Shown here: positions 11,792-23,300 of the stretch, piece by piece
Numbering within the stretch: position 1 is the stretch's first letter
Layout of the letters: every line of letters begins with the position of its first letter
Assembly: GCF_963921235.1 (NCBI RefSeq)
Contig: NC_086108.1
Location: 20,212,001-20,276,000 of the forward strand
Length of the DNA: 64,000 nt
Source of the DNA: Mobula hypostoma
Taxonomy: Eukaryota
Reading direction: 5' to 3'
The notes under the pieces: model-generated
What the model saw: the letters and a program-made list of their open reading frames with translations, nothing else
What the model was told of the DNA's origin: nothing
Database searches by the model: none
Translations under genes and position numbers: made by a program

Positions 11792-14700
11792 GGACTATAA
11801 GATATAGGAGCAAAATTAGGCTATAGGGCCCATTGAATCTGCTCTGCCATTTTATCATGGCTGATCCAATTTTCCTCCCAGCCCCAATCTCCTGCCTTCT
11901 CCCCATATCCCTTCATGCCCTGACCAAACAAGAATCTATCAACCACTGCTTTAAACATAAACATTTGGCCTCCACAGATTTGTCAGGCAAAACTGTCCCT
12001 TGAGAAAACCATGCTGACTACGGCCTATTTTATCATGTGCCTCCTAGTCACCTCTTTAGCAAAAGAAATTCTTCCGCATCTCCGTTCTAAAAGGATGCCC
12101 CTCTTTTCTGAGGCCATGTCCTTTGGTCTTAGACTCTCCCACCTTATGAAACATCCTCTCCACATCCACTCTATCAAGGCCTTTCACCATTCAATAGGTT
12201 TCAATGATGTCACTCCTCATTTTTCTGAATACCAGTGAATATAGCCCCAGAGTCATCAAACGCTCTTCATATGACAAACCATTGAATCATGGAAACATTT
12301 CTGGGAACCTCCTTTGAAGCCTCTCCAATTTCAACACATCCTTTCTGAGGTGAGGGGCCCAAAACTGCTCACAATACTCCAAGTGAGGCCTCATCAGTGT
12401 TTTATAAAGTCTCAGCATTACATCTTTGCTTTTATATTCTAGTCCCCTTGAAATGAATGCAAACATCGCATTTGCCCTCCTCACCACAGACTCAAGCTGC
12501 ACATTAACCTTTAGGGAATCCTGCACAAGGATTCGCAAATCCCTTTGCACCTCAATTTTTATATTTTCTCTCCAGTTAGAAAATGGTCAACCTTTTCAAT
12601 TTCTTCTACCAAAATGCATGATCATATACTTCCTGACACTGTATTCCATCTGCAATTTCTTTGCCCATTCTCCTGTAAACTTAAAAAAAGGTTGCCGGAC
12701 CAATAATCACACTACACAGTTATTACTTTAACCTCTTCACCAGTTTATTGTACTCAGTTCAGCCGGCAAGAAAGAACACAGATCCAGTCATCAAAGAGAG
12801 ACAGAGACTCTCTCTCTCCTTGGAGGCTCAGATGAGCTTTCTGATTTTAAAACAGAAATGCTGCAATATATAGAATGAGCAGACAAACAACACTCAGTTA
12901 CAATGGTATGTTAAGTCAGTTAGAGTGAAACCCCATTACTTTGATAAGAGAGTCCACTAAATCAGAGTTTAATTACAAATAGATATATTCTCCACCCTGT
13001 AACTAGGCTCCTGACTTAATTAGAGACAGATGTTCTTATCATTGAACCTCTCAAAAGAAAAGACTTAAGTCAGTGGAGCAAAACGATAAAGCATGACCTA
13101 TGTGAGCACTGAGTAATTCCAGCCCTCATGTCACCTTGAAGAGGCAGCTACAGGCTGTTAATCAGGCAAGCTTTTAATCTAAACAAACTGCGGGCCTATT
13201 CTTCAGCAAAAGCAACAGACTTTGTTCACCAACACACATAGGGTGGCACTTAAGTTTTTAACCCATTATTTACAACAGTCCAAGAATCATGTCTTACTTC
13301 CCCAACATCCTTAAACTTTATCACTCCTGATCCGTCCAAGTCCTTCTGTAGCCTCTTTACTTACTCAAAACTACCTGCCCCTCCATTTATCTTCATATCA
13401 TCTGTAAACTTTTCAACAAGGTCAATTCCATTATCCAAATTGTTGACATACAAGGTAAAAACAATCAAAACCAACACAGCCAAGGCTCCCTTTACTCCCA
13501 CTCTCGCCTCCTGCAAATCAGCCACTGTTTTATCCATGCTAGAATCTTCCCTGTAATACCCTGTTAAGCAGCCTCATGTGTGACACCTTGTCAAAGGCCT
13601 TCTGAAAGTTGAAATATACAACATTAACCAATTCTCCTTTGTTAGTTGGTCCTGCTTGTTATTTCTTCAATGATTCCAACAGATTTGTCAGGCAAGATTT
13701 TCCCTGAGGAAACCATGCTCACCACAGCTTATTTTATCATGTGGGTCCAAGTATCCTGAGACCTCATCCTTAATAATCGACATCAACATATTCCCAGCCA
13801 CTGAGGTCAGACTAACTGGCATATAGTTTCCTTTCTTCTGCTTCTCTCCCTTCTTGAAGGGTGGAATGACATTGCAATTTTCCAGTCTTCAGGAATCTAG
13901 TGATTCTTGAATAATCATTACTAATACCTTCATAATCTCTTCAGCCACTTCATACAGAACCCTGGAGTATACACCATCTGGTCCAGGAGACTTACCCATC
14001 TTCAGATCATTCAGGTTCCAAGAATCTCATCTCTAGTTATGGTAACTTCACACACTTTATGACCACTGACACCTGGAATTTCCACCGTTTAGGTGTCTTC
14101 CAGAATGAAGACTGATGCAAAATACCTATACAGTACATCTGCCATTTCCTTGTCCTCCATTACTATCTTTCCAGCCTCAGTCCAATATCCACTCTCAGCT
14201 CTCTTTTACACTTTATGATTCTGAAGAAACTTTGGTATCCTTTTTAATACTATTGGCTAGCTTACTTTTATATTCCATCTTTACTTTCTTAATGATATTT
14301 TTAGTTGCCTTTGGTTGGTTTTTAAAAGCTTCCCAACCCTCTAACTTCCCACTAACTTTTGTTCTATTATATACCCTCTCTTTGGCTTTTATGTTGGCTT
14401 TGACTTCTCTTGATGGTTATGTCATCTTTCCGTTAGAATACTTCTTCCTCATATATCCTGTGCCTTCCGAATTGCTTCTAGAAATTCCAGCCATTCCTGC
14501 TCTGTTGTCATCTCTGCCAATGTTCTTTTCCAATCAATTCTGGCCAACTCTTTTCTCATGCCTCTAATTCCCTTTACTCAATGGTTATACCGATACATCT
14601 GACTTCAGCTTCTCGTTCTCAAATTTCAAGGTGAATTCAAACATATTATGATCACTTTTCCCGAAGGGTACTTTTACCTTAAGCTCTCTAATCAATTCTG

Positions 14701-15299
14701 GTTCTTTGCACAACACCCAGTCCAGAATAGCTGACTTACTGGGCTCAACCATAAGCTGCTCTACAAAGCCACTGTAGAAATTCCCCCTCCTGGAATCCAG
14801 CACCAATCATTTTCCCAATCTACCTGCATATTGTATCACCCATGAATATTGTAACATTGTCCTTTTGGCATGCATTTTTTAATCTCCCGTTGTGTTGTAG
14901 ACCACATCTTACTACTGATCGGGGGTCTGTGTACAACTCCCATCAAGATCTTTTTTCACCCTTGCAGTTCCTTAGCTCTATCCACAATGATTCAACACCT
15001 TTTGACCCTATGTCACCTCTGTCTAATGATTTGGTTTTATTTTTTTTAAACCAGAGCAATGCCAACCTCTCTGCCTTCCTGCCTGTCCTTTTGACACAAT
15101 GTGTATCCCTGGACATTATGTTCCCTGCTATAATCTTCTTTTAGCCATGATTAAGTGATGCCTACAACATTGTACCTACCAATCTGTAACCGTGCTGCAA
15201 GTTCATCTACCTTATTCTGTATATTGCGCACACTCAAATACACCACATTCAGTCCTGAATTCACCCTTTTCGATTTTGTCAGCCTTTTACATTGCAACT
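11792..15299 (-). mobile_element. Degenerate CR1 LINE interrupted by a solo LTR
   Basis: ORF 12287-12550 (RPHLEYC..FWAPH) and ORF 14585-14806 (LDWVLC...SDHN). The CR1 sequence is continuous across 12673/13324 once the insert is removed. Confidence 0.88.
12674..13323 (-). mobile_element. Solo LTR (650 bp)
   Basis: TG...CA termini (tgtaaac...ttatca) and a 4-bp TSD ctcc (12670-12673, 13324-13327) inside the CR1. AATAAA on the minus strand near 12744. Confidence 0.75.
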
Positions 15300-15304
15300 C
15301 CCCT

Positions 15305-15722
15305 CCTCAGGTCTTCATCAGGATTGATGAAGAGTCTTGGCCTGAAACATTGGCTGTTTATTCCTTTCCATGGATGCTGCCAGACCTGCTGAGTTCCTCC
15401 AGCATTTCGTATATGTTGTTACCATTCAATCCCACTTCGGTACAATTGAACATATTAACCATTGCAATGTAATTTCTCTTGGATGAACTTAATTGAGCAT
15501 AAGGTTTTGGACTTGCAAGCAAAAATTAAACTACTGGGAGAACACACCAGTCAAGCAGCATTTCTGGTGGCAAAAGAATGCATTAATATTGTTTTGGGTC
15601 AACACCCTGCATTAGGACAACCCGAAACATCAACACATCCCTTTTGCTGCCACAGATATTGCTTGACCCACAGAGTTTGTCCAGCAGTTTATTTTACCTC
15701 AAGATTCCATCACCTGCAATCT
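15305..15722. mobile_element. Two short Penelope-pLTR-derived pieces, partly palindromic
   Basis: 15305-15420 is a plus-strand pLTR piece with local hairpin tcttcatca/tgatgaaga. 15510-15722 has minus then plus pLTR halves forming an imperfect palindrome. Confidence 0.55.
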
Positions 15723-16648
15723 TATTTTTCATTTCTTACATTTATCTGCCTTTGTTTACCATTTGTAATAGGTATAATTTATTAAAGATAATGCATTTTG
15801 TTCTGAAGACCATTTGACAAATACTTCGAAGAATAATATTTGTACAAAACAGCTGGGTAACCAGGGAATAAAGTTTAGGTGCAATGATTTATTTTTACAT
15901 TTTTAAAACCCGCTCATTATACGCCTATCCATTTCCCAGACCCACGGAGGCACACCGGGACCGGGCAACTAATTCAACTGCTATGACCAAGATTGCAAAT
16001 AACTATAGACATAGTTCAGCATATCAAGGAAATCAACCTCCCCTCCATGAACTCTGTCTACACTGCTGTTGAATCAAATTCCATGTCCCTTGCACTAGGT
16101 GACTCAACCTCTGGAAACAGCCTGCTTATCTGCAAGCTGTACAGAAAGCACTGTGTTACCATTAAGTATTACGCTCATGAAAAGAGAAACTGCAGATGTA
16201 CATCAATAGTTCAAATGTTGTAAATTAAAATCTACTTTTTCCTTCCAGTGAAAAAAACTAATAAGTGCAAAACAAAATACAACAGGTGCTGGAAATGTAC
16301 AGTGAAGACAGAAATAGCTGGAAATCCTCAGGTCAGATTGTATATTGGCAAGACGAACAGTTAATATTAAAAGTTAATGGCCTTTAATCAAACTGGAAAA
16401 AAGTTAAAAATTAAACCATTTCTAAGATTAAAAAAAAAGTGAAAAAAAAAGTAAAGGGAACAATAGGTAGGTTAGCATTTGTGTGTAGATTGAATGACTG
16501 AAAGATTTGTTCTAACAATTGACAGGGCCCTCAAACATGATAGGGATTAATTCTTGATCTCTCAATCTACCTTGTCAAGGCCCTTGCACTTCATTTGTCT
16601 CCCTGCACTGTAACCTTTCTGTAACTGTAACACCATGCCTTGTGATTC

Positions 16649-17510
16649 TGCAGATGCTGGAAATCTAGAACAATACACATAAAATGCTCGAGAAACTCAG
16701 CAGGTCAGGTAGCATCTATGAAAATGATTAAACAGGTGACATTTTGGGCTAAGACCCTTATTCAAGACTGGAAAGGAAGGGGGAAGATGCCAGAATAAGA
16801 AGGTGAAGGGTTGGGGGGGGGGGAAGGAATGGAATACAAGCTACAAGTTTGTAGAAGGTAATAGGTGAAGCCAGGTGTGTGGGGGGAAGAGGAATGAAGT
16901 AAGAAGCTGGGAGGTGATAGGTGGAAAAGGTAAAGAGCTGAAGAAGGAATCTGATAGGTGAGGAGAGTGGACCTTGGGAGAAAGGGAAGGAGGAAAGGCA
17001 CCAAGAGTAGGTAATAGGCAGGTGAGAAGAAGAGGTAAGAGGGGAGCCAGAATACGGAATCGAAGATGAGGCCACGATGAGGTCACCCTCAGGTAGGAGG
17101 AATACCCCTGATATTCCATCTAGGTAGCCTCCAACCTGATGACATTACAACAATTTCTCCAAATTCTGGTGATATTATGCCTCCCTCATCTTCAATTCTA
17201 TACTCTGGCATCCCTCTTCCTACTTCTCCTCAGCTGCCTATCACCCAAGCCTTGTGCTCCTCTTCCTTCCCTTTCTCCCATGGTCCACTCTCCTCACCTA
17301 TTAGATTCCTTTTTCTCCAGCCCTTTACCTTTTTTTAATCTATTACCTCCCAGCTTCGTACTTCATCCCTCTGCCCCACACACCTGGTTTCACCAATCAC
17401 TTAAAAGTCTGTACTTCTTTCCTTCCCCCTTCCTTTCCAGTCCTGATGAAGGGTCTTGACCCATAACGTTGACTGTTCATTCCTCACCATTGGTGCTGCC
17501 TGACCTGCTT
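16649..17510. mobile_element. Inverted pair of Penelope-like 3'/pLTR segments
   Basis: 16649-17075 (minus) and about 17085-17510 (plus) are diverged reverse complements of each other. The pair sits inside a Rex1-type 3' relic (about 16565-16648 and 17511-17635). Confidence 0.75.
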
Positions 17511-18799
17511 TATCCTGCATTGTTTTTTTTCCGTTTTGTTCTTATCTTGATGTACCTATGTTAAGAATGATCTGTCTGGATGTCACACAAGCTTTTTACT
17601 CTATCTCAGTATATTTGACAACCAATTACCAATTCTAGAGGCTGAGTGACAATTTACAACTTAATGAGATGCAGAACCCAGCAATAAATTATAATTTTAC
17701 TGAGAGCAAGCAGTTCCCTTGCTTTGTACTGGAATAGAGAAAAATCACTGTACAGTGCCTGCTATACAAATCCTTCCAATTTTATGATTACATATAGTCT
17801 TTCTACAGAGTCTTTACCAAACTGTTCAGTTCTTTTCTGATAGTCTACTGCAAGTATAAATTTAATGGCAGATTACAGTACTCAACCAAATCTAACCAAC
17901 ACCCAGAACAACCAGAGATTGCTACTACAACCCCCAAAATCTTTGAGTCCTTTGTTATTAACTGGAGAAAATTACACTGGGGATCTACTCCATAACAAGG
18001 CAAAGACTTGAGAAATCAATTAATTACACAATATGATAGAGTTTGAAGATGGCATCTTTCTTATTAAGGTTCAATAACTTGCATTCATTCAAGATCTTTA
18101 TGACAATAAATATAAACATTAAGGGCCCAAATTCTGAAAATAATCTTTCTAATTATTCCTTTTAATAATTAAACAGTGCCAAAAGATTTAAACTTCATTT
18201 CACTGTTTACTGCATAGATCACTTGTTCAAAGTTCAGAATTTCGAAGTTTATTATCAAAGTACATTTATGTCGCCATATACAACCCAATAGAAAGACGAG
18301 AATCAATGAAAGGCTGCACCCAATAGAATGGACAAACAACCAAGGTGCAAAAGACAACAAACTGTGCAAACACAAAATGAACCAAGGGTAGACAAGAAAT
18401 TGTTATTGTTTAACAATGGCGAGGCAGACTTATCCAGCATGTCCAATAATAACTTCACTTATGACAACATTTGATCATTTGGGTGTACTGTAGGACCATA
18501 ATTAAACCAAATAATGCAGTTTACTTGTTCCATTTTGCACACTGACAATGTAAATGGGAACATGTTAAAAGTGTTACTATTTTTGAAGTAATTTTTATTT
18601 TGAGCAATATTGAGAAATTTATGCAGTTTTGAGGAATTATATACAGAATTAAAAGGGCTAAAACCTGACTGACTTGTTTCGACTGACTTGTGAGAATAAT
18701 GTTGGAAGATAACTAATGAAGAAAGGGTGTGCTTATGCATGAGAAAGCTGCTTTGTGTAACCACTTATCAAGGATGCCAAGCAACAATCAGAGTAAACT

Positions 18800-19112
18800 G
18801 TAAATCTGCCTAGAGCAGTCGTCCTCAAAAACTGAGTAACCATGCAAAACGGGGACTAGTGAGGGAGGCCACCAAGAGACCCATGACAACTCTGGAGGAG
18901 TTACAAGCTTCAGTGGCTGAGATGGGAGAGACTGTGCATAAACTGTTGCCCAGGTGTGTCACCAGTTGCAGCTTTATGGGAGAGCAGCAAAGAGAAAACC
19001 GCTGTTGAAAAAAAAAATTTAAATGAAATCTCAGCTACAGTTTGCCAGTTTGAGGTCAGCTGGAAGATGGTTCTATGGTCTGATGAAACCAAAATTGAGC
19101 TTTTTGGCCAGC
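18800..19112 (+). mobile_element. Tc1 transposase fragment
   Basis: ...LVREATKRPMTTLEELQASVAEMGE... and VLWSDETKIELFG. No TIRs seen. Confidence 0.8.
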
Positions 19113-20370
19113 AGAGTCATGGTTTTTATGATTTGTGTACATGAATACCTTGATTTATATGTTCTGTAACTGCTTCCGTTTTATCATAAAAAACTAATCC
19201 TATCCAATTTCCTTGGATCCAAACTGCCGGATCTCATACTGCCCCATACTCAATAACTGCTACCACTTTTTCCTACTCAGTCTGCCCACTTCCCTTTGAA
19301 ATTTGCTTCTCAATCCTAAGTGCGCATCCAAATAAGTTCCATCCATAACTATGATACACGTTCTTTTAGCATTTTAGTAATTTGCACATACTGTTAAGAA
19401 AAAACTAAGGCCTTGGGGAATACTGCTCGATACATCCCGTGAATCAGACAAAACATATTTTATCCCTCTCCTGACTCCCATCCTCTAAGCAATCCCAAAC
19501 CCAAGGCCATGCACATTTTTTTCCTGATTAATAATCTCTATTGCTAACTTGTGAAATACCTTCTGGCAATCCACATATACAATGTCCAAAGATATTGCCA
19601 ATCTAGTATTTGATTGGTCTTCAAACAGTTCAACTAAACTTGACAGATATGAGCAACAGTGAACTCAACACTGCAGACAGCATGGAGGAGTATTAAATTT
19701 TCAGAGGTGAAGTTAAAAACAAAATTAGGAAGATAAAGAGTGCATGAAGTAAGTATACTACTTCAGATATATTGAGGGGGACAGCCTACCAGTGGAGAGC
19801 CACAGTGACTGAGTCTCTGGCACTGAGACTGGTGCTATGACTCAGAAGAGCATAGAGGTGAACAAGACTGCAGTGTTGATAGGAGATTCCGTAGTCAGAT
19901 CATTGGGATTTATTCTGGGGAAGGTAGGACCTGTACAAAAGGGACGGCTTACACCTGAACCTGAGGGGGTCCAATATCATTGCAGGCAGGTTGGCTAGAG
20001 TTATTCAGGTGGGTTTAAACTAATTTGGCAGGGGAATGGGAGCTAGAGTGATAGTACTGAAGATGAGATAGTTGGTTTACAAACAGAGGCCATGTGTAGT
20101 GAGACTCCTGGCAAGGAGAGGCTGATGATAAGGCAAAATTGCAGTCAACAGGATTAAGTTGCAACGTAAAAGTTGGAAAAAAATCGAAAAGAGTGAATAC
20201 AGGACTGAAGGTGTTACATTTGAATGTGTACAGTATACGGAATAAGATAATGAACTTGTTGCACAGTTACAGATTGGCATGTTTGATGTTGTAGACATCT
20301 TGAATCCTGGCTGAAAAAAGATTATAGCTGGGAGCTTAATGTCCATGGATACACATTGTATTGAAAGGAT

Positions 20371-23300
20371 TCCATAGTGGGGAACAGACAGGAAGCTCCG
20401 TCAGCCTGATAGAGATGCCCGCATGGTGCGCTGCCTCCCAGGTGCTGGGGTACAGGATATCTTGGATCGGGTGCAGAGTATTCTGAAGAGAGAAGGTGAA
20501 CAGCCAGAAGTCTTGGTACACATTGGTACCAATGACATTGGTAGAAAAAGGGAGGAGGTCCTGAAGAGAGAATTCAGGTAGTTGGGTAGGATGCTGAAAA
20601 GCAGTACCTCCAGGGTAGTAATCTTAGGATTGCTGCCTGTGCCATGTGTTAACAAGCGCAAGAATAGCATGATCAGGCATCCTAATTTGTGGCTGAGAGA
20701 CTGATGTAGGGGGCAGGGCTTCGGGCTCCTAGATCATTGGGATCTCTTCTGGGGGAAGTACGACCTGTACAAAAAGACGGGTTACACCTGATCTCAAAGG
20801 GGTCCAATATCCTAGCAGATAGGGAGGGTCTGTTTGGGAAAGGGATGGGAACCGGAGTGATAGGGCTGAGGAAGGGGGGAACAGAAATAAATCAAAGATA
20901 GTGTGCAACAGAGGTGATAGAAAAGACAGGCAGGAGATGAGGCAAAATCACAGCCAGTGGGATGAGTTACAGGGCAATACAGGCATCGTGCAGTTAAAAC
21001 AGAAAGCAACAAATACTGGACTGAAAGTGTTATATTTGAATGTATGCAGCATAAGAAATAAAATGGATGATCTTGAAATTCAGCTTGGCAAGTATGTCGT
21101 TGTGGCCATCTCTGAAACTTGGTTAAAGCATGGTTGCCATTAGGAGATGAACGTCCAAGGATATACAATGTATTGGAAAGTAAGTTTATTAGGCAGAGGA
21201 AGTGGTGTGGCCGTGTACAAGACATAATATTAAATCATTAGAAAGAGATGACATAGGATTGGAAGGTGTAGAGTCTCTATGGGTTGAATTAAGAAATAGC
21301 AAGGGTAAAAGGACCCTAATAGCAGTTGTATACAGGCCTCCAAACAGCAGCCGGGAAGTGGATTACAAATTACAGCAGGAGATAGAAAAAACTGTGTCAG
21401 AAGGGCATTGTCACGATAATTGTGGGGATTTTAACATGAATGTGGATTGGGAAAACCAGGGCAGTACTGGATCTCAAGAGAGGAAATTTGCAGAATGTCT
21501 AAGGGATGGTTTTTTAGAACAGCTTGTTGTTGAGCCCGCTAGGTGTTCGGCTGTGCTGGATTAGGTGTTATGCAATGATCCTGAAGGGATAAGAGAGCTT
21601 AAGGTTAAGGAACCCTTAGCGAACAGTGATCAGAATATGATTGAGTTCACTTTGAAATTTGAGAAGGAGAAACTAAATTCCAATGTGTTGCTATTTCATT
21701 GGAATAAAGGAAATGGCATGAGAGGGGAACTGGCCAAAGTTGAATGGAAAGGGACACTAGCAGGAAGGACAGCAGAGCAGCAATGGCTGGACTTTCTGTG
21801 AAAAATGAGGGAAGTGAAAGACAGATATATTCCAAATAAGAAGAAATTTTCGAATGGAAGAAGGACACTACTGTGGCTGACAAGTGAAGCCAGAGCCAAG
21901 GTAAAAGCAAAAGATAGGGCATACAAGGAAGCCAACGCTGATGGGAAGATAGAGGATTGGGAAGCTTTTAAAAACTTGCAGAAGGAAACGAAGAAGGTCA
22001 TTAGGAAGGAAAAGATGAATTATGATAGGAAGCTGGTAATGAATTTAGAAGATGATACTAAAAACTTTTTAAAGTATATAAAGGGTAAAAGAGAGTTGAG
22101 GGTAGATATAGGACCAATAGAAAACGACACTGGAGATATTGTAATGAGAGATGCAGTGATGACAGAGGAACTGAATGCATGTTTTGCATCAGTCTTCACA
22201 GTGGAAGACATCTGCAGTATACCAGACATTCAAGATTGTCAGGGAAGAGGGAAGTGGAGTATGTGCAGTGAAAATTACAACTGAGAAGGTGCTCAGGAAG
22301 CTTAATGGTCTGAGGGCGGATAAATCTCCTGGACCTGATAGAACGCACCCTCAGGCTCTGAAGGAAGTAGCTGGAAAGATTGTGGAGGCATTAACAATGA
22401 TCTTTCAAGGATCAATAGATTCTGACATTGTACTGGATGACTGGAAAATTGCAAATGTTACTCCGCTATTTAAGAAGGGCAGGAGGCAGCAGAAAGGAAA
22501 CTATAGAGCCGTCAGCCTGACATCAGTGGTTGGGAAGTTGTTGGAATTGATTGTTAGGGCTGAGATTACGGAGTACTTGGAGGCACATGACAAGATAGGC
22601 CAAAGCCAGCATGGTTTCCTGAAAGGAAAATCCTGCCTGACAAACTTACTGCAATTTTTTGAGGAAATTACAAGCAGAGTAGACAAAGGAGATGCAGTGG
22701 ATGTGGTGTACTTGGATTTTCAGAAGGCCTTTGACAAAGTGCCGCACATGAGGCTGCTTAGCAAGATAAGAGCCCATGGAATTACAGGGAAGTTACAAGC
22801 ATGGGTGGAGCATAGGCTGATCGGCAGAAAACAGAGTGGGAATAAAGGGATCCTACTCTGGCTGGCTGCTGGTTACCAGTGGAGTTCCATAGGGGCTGGT
22901 GCTGGGACCGTTGCTTTTTACGATGTAGGTCAATGATTAATGGATTTGTGGCTAAATTTGCTGATGATACAAAAGTAGGTGGAGGAGCGGGTAGTGTTGA
23001 GGAAACAAGGCAGCCTGCAGGGAGACTTAGATAATTTAGGGGAATGGGCAAAGAAGTGGCAAATGAAATACAATGTTGGAAAGTGTATGGCTATGCACTT
23101 TGGTGGAAGAAGTAAACGGGCAGACTATTATTTAACATGAGGAGAGAATTCAAAATAGAGATGCAAAGGGACTTGGGAGTCCTTGTGCACAATATCCTAA
23201 AGGTTAATCTCCAGGTTGAGTCGGTGGTGAAGAAGGCGAATGCAATGTTGGCATTCATTTTTAGAGGTATAGAAAATATGAGCAGGGATGTGATGTTGAG

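Noticed and set aside
12780..13260. Conserved non-coding enhancer candidate with GATA motifs
   Set aside because: Better explained as a solo LTR (TG/CA ends, TSD, interrupts a CR1).
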